Source of the DNA: Nitrospinota bacterium
Lineage (GTDB): Bacteria; Nitrospinota; Nitrospinia; Nitrospinales; VA-1
Direction of reading: 5' to 3'
DNA length: 57,981 nt
Assembly: GCA_038108555.1 (NCBI GenBank)
Contig: JAYNIA010000008.1
Location: 33,715 to 91,695 of the forward strand
Shown here piece by piece: positions 48,702 to 57,981 of the stretch. The notes under the pieces were generated by a model. That model had not been told where the DNA came from, did no database searches, and worked only from the letters and a program-made list of their open reading frames with translations. Each line of letters starts with the position of its first letter. Position 1 is the first letter of the stretch. The position numbers were made by a program, and so were the translations under genes.

Positions 48702-50207
48702 TTATTCTCCCAGGAAAAAACGCCGGATTTTTTCGATAACATACTCCTGTTGTTCCCGTGTAACTTCATGAGAAATGGGGAGGGCCAGAGTTTCATCCGC
48801 AGCTTTTTCGGATTCGGGGAAATCTCCTTTTTTGTAGCCCAGGGATTGGAAACACTCCTGGATGTGCAAGGGGAGTGGGTAATAAATTTCGCATCCAATA
48901 TTATTTTCATTCAAGAAAGCACGCAATTCATCCCTGCGGTCAGAACGTATGACATATTGGTTAAAAACATGTCGTGGAAAAACTTCCGGAGGTAATTGGA
49001 TGTATTGGGTCAGGGCATTTTGCTGAAATAATTGATTGTAAGTATTCGCGTTTTGCCTTCTTTTTTCTGTCCACCCCTCAAGGTAATTCAGTTTGGCTTT
49101 AACCACACCTGCTTGTAGCGCATCCAACCTGAAATTTCCACCAATGACTTTATGATAGTATTTCGGTTTTGACCCGTGAACCCTGAGAACTTTCAACTTT
49201 TCATAAAGTTCTTCTGAGGAGGTCGTAACAATACCTCCATCACCAAATGCGCCAAGGTTCTTGGCCGGGAAAAAAGAAAAACAGCCCATATCTCCAAGAG
49301 ACCCTGCCCGCCTGTTTTTGTATTCAGACCCAATCGACTGTGCGGCATCTTCAATTACAGGCAAATTATGTTTTTTACCCAATTCAATTATTGGGTCCAT
49401 GTCAGCACATTGACCATATAAATGTACCGGAATAATGGCACGGGTTTTGGATGTAATGGCCCTCTCGACATGCTCCGCCTTCATGTTAAAAGTCACATCA
49501 TTTATATCCACAAAAACCGGTTTTGCCCCTGCACGGATAATTGACCCGGCTGTTGCAAAAAAGGTATAGGGAGAAGTGATGACCTCATCGCCCTCTCCAA
49601 CTCCTACCGCCATCAGGGCAATTAACAAGGCATCGGTTCCTGAAGAAACACCCACTGAAAATTTGGTTTGGCAGTATTCCGCCACCTTTTCTTCCAACTC
49701 CGCCACCTTGGCCCCTAGAATGAATTGCCCTTTCCTGACCGTGTCAGCCATTTCCGCTTCGACATCATTTAAAGTCTGGTGATAGGAAGCGGCAATATCA
49801 AGAAGTTTCACTCCAGTCACAGGATCTTTGGAGCCCTCAATTTTTTTCTTTAATTGCTCGGGCGTCAACACAGAGGCACCATCCGAAGTAAATTTTTCCG
49901 GTTTATTTGAAATGACACCATCAAACCCACAGGATTTGACCAAAAGCAATGCCAATTTTTCTTCGAAACATTCTTCTTTCAAAGCATCCACCAACTCGGC
50001 GGCGGTTGGTGTCACCACACTCAAACAACCCAACAACGATTTAACTTTTTTTCTATCCGCTTCATTTAATTCCTGCATTAAGGATGAAATCGTAGTGGAG
50101 GCCACCCAACCTTTGCAGCGGTTTGAATTACAAAGACCCATTATCTCTGAATTTTTATTTGAGGAAAGAAACTGAAACAGGTAATCGTGATGCAAAAGTA
50201 TTTCCAT
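48702..50207 (-). CDS. DegT/DnrJ/EryC1/StrS aminotransferase with an N-terminal PIN-like domain
   Basis: SSGTDAL, PVHLYGQ, IEDAAQS and SFFPAKNLG (PLP Lys); an extra ~125-aa N-terminal domain in frame. Confidence 0.9.
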   Translation of the reverse strand: MEILLHHDYLFQFLSSNKNSEIMGLCNSNRCKGWVASTTISSLMQELNEADRKKVKSLLGCLSVVTPTAAELVDALKEECFEEKLALLLVKSCGFDGVISNKPEKFTSDGASVLTPEQLKKKIEGSKDPVTGVKLLDIAASYHQTLNDVEAEMADTVRKGQFILGAKVAELEEKVAEYCQTKFSVGVSSGTDALLIALMAVGVGEGDEVITSPYTFFATAGSIIRAGAKPVFVDINDVTFNMKAEHVERAITSKTRAIIPVHLYGQCADMDPIIELGKKHNLPVIEDAAQSIGSEYKNRRAGSLGDMGCFSFFPAKNLGAFGDGGIVTTSSEELYEKLKVLRVHGSKPKYYHKVIGGNFRLDALQAGVVKAKLNYLEGWTEKRRQNANTYNQLFQQNALTQYIQLPPEVFPRHVFNQYVIRSDRRDELRAFLNENNIGCEIYYPLPLHIQECFQSLGYKKGDFPESEKAADETLALPISHEVTREQQEYVIEKIRRFFLGE

Positions 50208-50248
50208 TTTTGTTTTTTATAGGAGGAGGTTAGTAGGAATTCAATAGA

Positions 50249-50530
50249 TTAAAAACTGACATCCTGGTCGAGCTTTTCTCGCAGGATTATTTCGGCCGGC
50301 GTGTAATATTTCTTGTTCGAATTACATTTCTTACAGGCTGGAACCAGATTTCCACGGGTGCTTTTTCCTCCTCTGGATATGGGCACAATATGATCCATAG
50401 TCAGGGCATCTCCGGGGAAAATGCCTCCACAATAATGACAAACCCCTGCCTCAATTTTCTTTTTCCACCATTGAGACTGACGGAGTTTTCTCGCTTTGGC
50501 TTTTTCTATTTTAAAATTATTTTCGTTCAT
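50249..50530 (-). CDS. Small HNH endonuclease
   Basis: CHYC, DHIVPISRGG and NLVPACKKCN. Confidence 0.92.
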   Translation of the reverse strand: MNENNFKIEKAKARKLRQSQWWKKKIEAGVCHYCGGIFPGDALTMDHIVPISRGGKSTRGNLVPACKKCNSNKKYYTPAEIILREKLDQDVSF

Positions 50531-50538
50531 TTATTTAT

Positions 50539-51018
50539 TCAGTTTTTTTCAAATTGCCCAACCCAGTCGGGCTCAATCATTTTTTTTGGAGACCAGTTAT
50601 TTCTGACGGCTCTTACCGTTCCCGTTAAACTTCCTTTCGGGTACCAGTGAATATCTCCGACATCGAATTCGAATCCAAGAGCTGCAGAAAGTCTTGTTTT
50701 TGCTGTCCAGAAACAACTCCCATAACTGAATTCGAAGATGGGGTCGATATGCAAAATATATGTCTTGCCCCGGGATTGAAACGGAAGGGAAATTTCGTAT
50801 AAGCTTTGAATCTCCAAGCGTTCTGGCAACCGCCAGTCGCTGTACCCACCCAGCTTATTCTTGTTTAAATTTTCAATATATCCCTGTGCATCATACCAAC
50901 TGATATTATTTCCCGTTTCCACATAGGCATAACTTTCCTGCCACATTAAACCGGTCAACGAATCTGTTATCGTCTTATCTTCATTATCTATAAAACGTGA
51001 TGCCACCCTAAACCTCAA
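50539..51018 (-). CDS. DUF1566 (Lcl C-terminal) domain protein
   Basis: DSLTGLMWQ, GGYSDWRLP and VRAVR. Confidence 0.88.
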   Translation of the reverse strand: MRFRVASRFIDNEDKTITDSLTGLMWQESYAYVETGNNISWYDAQGYIENLNKNKLGGYSDWRLPERLEIQSLYEISLPFQSRGKTYILHIDPIFEFSYGSCFWTAKTRLSAALGFEFDVGDIHWYPKGSLTGTVRAVRNNWSPKKMIEPDWVGQFEKN

Positions 51019-51158
51019 ATTATACCAAAAAGCAATACCGACATTATATCAATCGAAAATACCACAATAATAACAACTGGTTAGGGGATTTCAAATTTTC
51101 CCCTTTCAAATAAGTAAATTATTCCTGTTTCCGTATATTTATAAAAATTTTTAATTTA

Positions 51159-51187
51159 TTGCCAAGGCAAACTCAAAGGTTCATAAT
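51159..51187 (+). promoter_or_regulatory. Putative sigma70 promoter of the histidine kinase
   Basis: TTGCCA-N17-CATAAT. Confidence 0.5.
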
Positions 51188-51238
51188 TTATCAATACGTT
51201 TCAAGGAAAAAAACAGCCAAAATCTCAAATTGTGGCCT

Positions 51239-52531
51239 ATGAAACCCAAAAGACCAAAAACCGGCAAACAAAACTCAGAAGAAACTCATCACCCTAATTC
51301 CAGTATTTCTGAAAAATCTCAAGCTAAAAGAATTCCTACCCCCAAGTCAACCATAAAACCCAGGTCGGCTTTAGATAATATAAGACGCAAATCCTCTTCC
51401 CGGCAGCTGACAAATATAATTGCTGAAAGAAACGCAGCGCTTAACTTTCTCCATGAAATGGAGAATAAATATGAAAAGCTTTTCTCAGTTTTATCTGATG
51501 GCGTTGTTATCTTCGATTCAGATTCAAAACGTATCTTTGATGCCAATGATTCAGCCTGCAAATTATTTGGTTATGAAAGAAAGGAAATCATCCAACTAAC
51601 CGTTCCCGAACTCAGTGGCGAACCTAAAAAAACCCTGGAAAAGATATACAGAATAATTAATGAAGAATTAAAATATATCCCCCTGAGATACATCAAAACC
51701 AAATCGGGGAATAAAATCCCCACCGAAGTTAATACCGGAAAGTTCGAAATTAAAAACAAAAGCTATATGTTTGCCATTTACAGGGACATTACAAAACAAA
51801 TCAGTAATCAGGAGGCCATCAAAAGAAAATCAACTGAACTTGAAAAAAGCAACCAGGCCCTCAAAGACTTTGTATCCATAGCCTCTCATGATCTTCAAGC
51901 CCCTTTAAGAAAAATTATTTCATTTAGCTCTCGGATAAAGGGGATGGAATTTGACTTTCCGGACCAGGCCGGGGAATACCTTGACCGCATGCATAATATC
52001 GCCTATCGAATGCAGGATTTATTGAATGACCTTCTGACATTTTCACAGGTTTCAGCACAAACAGATTCCTATCAAAAAGTAGACTTGAACAGTGTTTTGA
52101 AAGAGGTTCTTGATGACTTCTCCCTCCCTGATCAAACATTAAAAGAGAGAATAGAAATTAGCGCCCTTCCTCAGGTAGAAGCTCAAGCGGCACAAATGCG
52201 CCAGCTTTTCCAGAACCTGATTTCAAATTCAATTAAATTCCATAAAGAGGGAACACTCCCAACAATAAAAATTTATGGAGAATCTTTAGCGGAAGGATTT
52301 TACAAAATCTGCATCGAGGACCAAGGAATCGGTTTTGATGAAAAACATTTGGAAAGAATTTTCCAGCCTTTCGAAAGATTGCACGGAAAGGACTCCTTCG
52401 AAGGGACAGGGATGGGCCTGGCAATTTGCAAAAAGATTGCCGAAGGTCATTGCGGAACAATCACCGCAAAAAGTCAGCCCAATGAGGGTGCCTGCTTCAT
52501 AATCACCATCCCTGAAAAAAGGGCAAAATAA
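51239..52531 (+). CDS. Cytoplasmic PAS-domain sensor histidine kinase
   Basis: PAS (DANDSACKLFGY...YRDIT), H-box ASHDLQAPLR, N-box NLISNSIKF, DQGIG and GTGMGL. Confidence 0.93.
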   Translation: MKPKRPKTGKQNSEETHHPNSSISEKSQAKRIPTPKSTIKPRSALDNIRRKSSSRQLTNIIAERNAALNFLHEMENKYEKLFSVLSDGVVIFDSDSKRIFDANDSACKLFGYERKEIIQLTVPELSGEPKKTLEKIYRIINEELKYIPLRYIKTKSGNKIPTEVNTGKFEIKNKSYMFAIYRDITKQISNQEAIKRKSTELEKSNQALKDFVSIASHDLQAPLRKIISFSSRIKGMEFDFPDQAGEYLDRMHNIAYRMQDLLNDLLTFSQVSAQTDSYQKVDLNSVLKEVLDDFSLPDQTLKERIEISALPQVEAQAAQMRQLFQNLISNSIKFHKEGTLPTIKIYGESLAEGFYKICIEDQGIGFDEKHLERIFQPFERLHGKDSFEGTGMGLAICKKIAEGHCGTITAKSQPNEGACFIITIPEKRAK

Positions 52532-52557
52532 ATATAAAGTGAGAATTATTCTGCATT

Positions 52558-52911
52558 CTACTGACCGGGTAAAACTGGGGTGAACCGGAACCCGCAATTC
52601 TTGATATCTTCGATAGCTTCTGGAGATTCAGGAAAACGATGGCAAATGAGAGGTTTTTGATCGGTTCCGTGCACACGGCACCGGTTTTCATCGGTCAACT
52701 CACTACACGGAATATCCATTGAATAAAAAAGCCGATTGAGTTTTACGTCCTCTCCCACCACTCGAATCCCACGAAAAGACAAATAGCGTTTTAACTCTTC
52801 CATATTGCCATGTTGCTGTAGGGTGACATCTCGAACCACAGTCATATTGACTGTTTGACAACATTCCCCACAAGTATGGCATTCCCCTTCCCTTTTCAAA
52901 GGTCGATTCAT
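52558..52911 (-). CDS. YkgJ-family CxxCxxCC cysteine-cluster protein
   Basis: CHTCGECC...CSEL...CRVH...KPLICHRFP. Start at 52911 avoids overlap with queF. Confidence 0.85.
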   Translation of the reverse strand: MNRPLKREGECHTCGECCQTVNMTVVRDVTLQQHGNMEELKRYLSFRGIRVVGEDVKLNRLFYSMDIPCSELTDENRCRVHGTDQKPLICHRFPESPEAIEDIKNCGFRFTPVLPGQ

Positions 52912-52927
52912 TCTTAATCCCCGGAAA

Positions 52928-53320
52928 CTATTTTTTTCGCTTTGAGGGTTTGGACTTTTTGCCAATATGTTCCACCGTTACCGTCGTATGAATTCCACCC
53001 CGGATGTTGAAATCACCCACAATGGTCATTTTTCTTGGTTTGCAGGCAGAAACCAGGTCATCCAGAATAATATTGGTTACTTTTTCGTGAAACCCTCCTT
53101 CATTTCTGTAGGAAGCCAGGTAGAGCTTCAATGATTTCAACTCGATACAAATTTTATCTGGAATATAGCTGATAAACAGAGTGGCAAAATCAGGCTGGCC
53201 GGTTTTGGGACATAAACAGGTAAATTCAGGGCATTCCATATCAATGGTGTAATCCCGGCCTGGAAACGGATTTGGGAAGGTTTCAATCTCTAGAACTTCT
53301 TTATTTTTAGTATTTTTCAT
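52928..53320 (-). CDS. queF: PreQ0 reductase QueF (type I)
   Basis: [26 protein letters not shown] and RGG. Confidence 0.96.
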   Translation of the reverse strand: MKNTKNKEVLEIETFPNPFPGRDYTIDMECPEFTCLCPKTGQPDFATLFISYIPDKICIELKSLKLYLASYRNEGGFHEKVTNIILDDLVSACKPRKMTIVGDFNIRGGIHTTVTVEHIGKKSKPSKRKK

Positions 53321-53395
53321 AATTTTTCAAAAAAAATTGATTTTTTTTTCAATTCCCACCTTGCTTTTCAATTTTTGGGTTTTATTTATATGTCA

Positions 53396-53422
53396 TAAGC
53401 ACTCAACAACCTAGAGTGCTAA
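53396..53422 (+). promoter_or_regulatory. CIRCE element (HrcA operator)
   Basis: TAAGCACTC-N9-GAGTGCTAA, one mismatch to TTAGCACTC-N9-GAGTGCTAA, upstream of groES. Confidence 0.92.
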
Positions 53423-53539
53423 ATCACAAAACGCTGGAACAAAACCCATTAAAATACAACAATTTAATCGGATTCCAGAGGGAATTTTGTATTAATTATT
53501 AATTTTGACCAAGTTTAACATTTTTTTTAAGGAGTATTT

Positions 53540-53827
53540 ATGAAAATCCGACCGTTACACGATCGAATTTTGGTTCAACCGATCTTGGAAAAAGAAGTCC
53601 GCAAAGGGGGGATTATCATCCCTGATTCAGCCAAGGAAAAACCCATCGAAGGCCGTGTTAAAGCTGTGGGTAAAGGCAAAATCGGAGATGACGGAAAACC
53701 CGTCAAACTCGAAGTAAAAGTGGGTGACAAGGTTCTCTACAGCAAATATGGGGGAACAGAAATTAAATTTGACGGAGATGACTTCCTGCTCATGCGCGAA
53801 GACGATGTTCTGGCAATCGTAGGTTAA
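53540..53827 (+). CDS. groES: Co-chaperonin GroES
   Basis: [22 protein letters not shown] and KYGGTE. Confidence 0.98.
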   Translation: MKIRPLHDRILVQPILEKEVRKGGIIIPDSAKEKPIEGRVKAVGKGKIGDDGKPVKLEVKVGDKVLYSKYGGTEIKFDGDDFLLMREDDVLAIVG

Positions 53828-53869
53828 TTTTTCCCAAAAAACATATCTAAAAATATTTTACATCTCTAA

Positions 53870-55546
<1,677 letters not shown>

Positions 55547-55572
55547 GCTCCCCCAATAGCTTGCAAACCTTC

Positions 55573-55613
55573 AAAACCCCGGTTCTGTCCTACGACAGAA
55601 TCGGGGTTTTTTT
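55573..55613 (+). terminator. Intrinsic terminator of groESL
   Basis: AAAACCCCGGTTCTGTC-CTAC-GACAGAATCGGGGTTTTTTT. Confidence 0.9.
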
Positions 55614-55726
55614 GTGGCTACCGCCACAGGGAAATTTCTACCCAAAAACCTAAAGAAAATTGTTTCGCAAAAAAAATGGAAATATCGCCCACCTCGCTAG
55701 AGGTTTCCCACCGGGCCTGGCCCGGG

Positions 55727-55755
55727 TTGACAGGGTGAAGTACAAACATTAGTAT
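55727..55755 (+). promoter_or_regulatory. Putative sigma70 promoter of glgC
   Basis: TTGACA-N17-TAGTAT. Confidence 0.6.
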
Positions 55756-55829
55756 GAAACCGTTCAGAGTTGGGACTGTTGTTCTGATCTGATTTCCTTC
55801 CAATTTCAGCACGCTTCTGGAAAGGCGAT

Positions 55830-57071
55830 ATGCCTGCGATAACAAAAAAAGTTTTAGGAATGATCCTTGCCGGGGGCGAAGGCAACCGCCTCTATCCCCT
55901 GACGCAACACCGTGCAAAACCAGCCGTTCCTTTCGGGGGAAAATACCGATTGATTGATTTTGCCCTGAGCAACTTCCTCAATTCAAGTGTTTACTCAATT
56001 TACATCCTGACCCAGTTTAAATCGCAATCTCTGACAGAGCATATCAATGAAACCTGGAGGATCGGCTCCGTTATCCGCGATCACTTCATACTTCCTGTCC
56101 CTGCACAGAAACGGACGGGTGAAAGCTGGTACCAGGGAACCGCAGATGCCATTTACCAGAACATCAATCTGATTGAAGATGGCGATTTCGATCTCATAGC
56201 CGTCTTTGGAGCAGACCATATTTACAGAATGGACCTGCAGCAGATGATCGAGTTCCATGTCAAAAAGAAAGCCGATGTGACCGTTTCCGCCATTCCTGTT
56301 CCCATCAAGGATGCAACGGCTTTCGGAGTCATCCAGGTCCAGGAAAAGTTTCGTATCATTGGATTCCAGGAAAAACCGAAACGGCCCAAACCCATTCCGG
56401 GACGCGAGAAAGAAGCCTTCGCCTCAATGGGGAATTATCTGTTCAATAAAGATTTCCTGATAGACATTCTCTATAAAGACGCGGAGGACAAAAACTCATC
56501 GCACGATTTTGGAAAGGACATCCTCCCGAAAATTTTTAAGAAGTCCCGTGTCTATGCCTATGACTTTCGCAGAAACCGTATCCCCGAACTTACGAAAAAG
56601 GAAATCGGTTACTGGCGCGATGTGGGAACCATCAAAGCTTTCTGGGAAGCCAATATGGATTTAAGAAGCGTCAATCCCGACTTCAATCTCTACAATAAAA
56701 AATGGCCGATCCGGACCGCAAGCTATGGAACACCTCCGGCAAAGTTTGTTTTCAACGACGATGGTAGACGCGGACAGGCCATCGACAGCATCATCGCTGA
56801 GGGAAGTATTATCAGCGGTGGAAAAGTTCAGGACTCCGTTTTAGGACGGGAAGTCCATGTGGATAGTGGTGCGGAGGTAAGACATTCCCTGGTCATGGAC
56901 CGGGTCAAAATAAATAAAAACTGCAAAATTAAGATGGCCATCATCGATAAGGATGTTGAAATCCCCGCAAACACAAATATAGGTTATGACCCGGAGGAGG
57001 ATGCAAAACAATATTATGTCGATAAAGAATCCGGCATCATCGTTATCCCCAAAGGCTACAAATTTTCCTGA
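55830..57071 (+). CDS. glgC: Glucose-1-phosphate adenylyltransferase
   Basis: LAGGEGNRL, RAKPAVPFGG, GTADA, ASMGNY, HDFGKD and YWRDVGT. Confidence 0.97.
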   Translation: MPAITKKVLGMILAGGEGNRLYPLTQHRAKPAVPFGGKYRLIDFALSNFLNSSVYSIYILTQFKSQSLTEHINETWRIGSVIRDHFILPVPAQKRTGESWYQGTADAIYQNINLIEDGDFDLIAVFGADHIYRMDLQQMIEFHVKKKADVTVSAIPVPIKDATAFGVIQVQEKFRIIGFQEKPKRPKPIPGREKEAFASMGNYLFNKDFLIDILYKDAEDKNSSHDFGKDILPKIFKKSRVYAYDFRRNRIPELTKKEIGYWRDVGTIKAFWEANMDLRSVNPDFNLYNKKWPIRTASYGTPPAKFVFNDDGRRGQAIDSIIAEGSIISGGKVQDSVLGREVHVDSGAEVRHSLVMDRVKINKNCKIKMAIIDKDVEIPANTNIGYDPEEDAKQYYVDKESGIIVIPKGYKFS

Positions 57072-57146
57072 TACGACAAACAAGCCAGAATATAATTTTT
57101 TGTTAAGCTAAAATAGGTACGTTTTCCATGCTAAATCATTAAAAGC

Positions 57147-57214
57147 AACCCCCTCAATCCCCCTTAACAGGGGGAAGTTTATTATCCCCCCTGACAAGGG
57201 GGGCTAGGGGGGTT
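57147..57214. repeat. C-run/G-run palindromic intergenic element (REP/MITE-like)
   Basis: AACCCCCT...AGGGGGGTT ends enclosing CCCCCTTAACAGGGGG and CCCCCCTGACAAGGGGGG hairpins. Confidence 0.65.
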
Positions 57215-57268
57215 CCCAAAAATAATCCTTCAAAATACAAGTTCGTCTAATTCCAAAATAAAAGAAAC

Positions 57269-57981
57269 ATGACTCTTCCCGGCATCAACCACCTCCTTGC
57301 ACAACCTGAAAAATTTTTAAAAGGCAAAACCGTGGGACTCATCGTCAACCACACCAGCCTTGCCAGTGACCATCGGCATTCGATCGAACATTTTAAATCG
57401 CATTCCTCTTTCACACTCAACGCCCTGTTTGCACCGGAACATGGACTGTATGGAATCGCACAGGACATGATCGAGATAGAAAACGAAATCGACCCGGTTT
57501 CGGGACTGACCGTATCCAGCCTCTACGGAAAAACCGAAGACACTCTCGAGCCCGACCCGGAAGCGTTGAAGGATGTCGACAACCTTGTGTTCGATATTCA
57601 GGATGTGGGCGCGCGCTACTACACCTTTATCTACACAATGGCAAAGTGTATGGAAATCTGTAAAAAGTCCGACACGCGGATGATCGTCTGCGACCGGCCC
57701 AATCCGATCAATGGAATCGACCTTGAAGGCAACCTGGTATCAGAAGAGTTCCGTTCGTTTGTTGGAGAATATCCCCTGCCCAACCGACACGCAATGACGG
57801 CTGGGGAGCTGGCCTTGTTTTTCAATCACGAAATTGAAATCGGCTGCGAATTGAAAGTCGTGCCCATGACCCACTGGAACCGCGAACACTGGTACGATGA
57901 GACGGGGCTCCCCTGGGTTGCGCCCTCCCCCAACATGCCGACACTCGATACAGCGATTGTTTACCCCGGCATGTGCCTGAT
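57269..57981 (+). CDS. namZ: Exo-beta-N-acetylmuramidase NamZ (DUF1343), partial
   Basis: Manual translation: GLIVNHTS, LFAPEHG, SLYG, FDIQDVGARYYTF, DRPNP and PSPNMP. Runs off the window; not in the ORF track. Confidence 0.9.
   Translation, partial: MTLPGINHLLAQPEKFLKGKTVGLIVNHTSLASDHRHSIEHFKSHSSFTLNALFAPEHGLYGIAQDMIEIENEIDPVSGLTVSSLYGKTEDTLEPDPEALKDVDNLVFDIQDVGARYYTFIYTMAKCMEICKKSDTRMIVCDRPNPINGIDLEGNLVSEEFRSFVGEYPLPNRHAMTAGELALFFNHEIEIGCELKVVPMTHWNREHWYDETGLPWVAPSPNMPTLDTAIVYPGMCL

Noticed and set aside
50249..50530. HNH gene as a homing or restriction element
   Set aside because: No intron, methyltransferase or flanking repeats; small stand-alone HNH genes are common.
53321..53400. preQ1 riboswitch upstream of queF
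   Set aside because: Only A/T runs; no preQ1 stem-loop consensus.

Overview
A densely coding bacterial chromosomal segment, mostly housekeeping genes. I found no rRNA, tRNA, CRISPR array, transposase or integrase. Left part: a partial B12-binding radical SAM gene (missed by the ORF track), an acidic orphan, a NapG/MauM-type ferredoxin with long extensions, aspS, larE, proC-yggS-PII-SprT-like, a lipoprotein esterase fused in an operon with mutS2, a UDG, tpx, a cupin, an M16C peptidase, xth, a secreted Cys-rich orphan and oppDF. Middle part: a rearranged cytochrome c maturation cluster (ccmE[CxxxY]-F-H-I'-A-B-D-C-tlpA), divergent from a complete dcw cluster (mraZ to ftsZ). Right part: DUF547, a Cof HAD, a parvulin, a DUF1566-HNH-(PIN-like/DegT fusion) unit, a PAS histidine kinase, YkgJ-queF, CIRCE-groES-groEL, glgC and a partial namZ. 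Gene content and protein style suggest a Gram-negative Nitrospina-like organism; this is an unverified impression. No complete novel system can be demonstrated from the sequence alone. The best leads are (1) a catalytically degenerate PIN domain fused to a sugar aminotransferase, (2) a PII protein lacking the canonical 2-oxoglutarate and uridylylation residues, (3) a stand-alone NapG-like ferredoxin with a MinD-like membrane-targeting helix, (4) a terminator/antiterminator switch upstream of larE, and (5) two three-way-junction intergenic elements. All family calls come from motif recognition by eye, not database searches.
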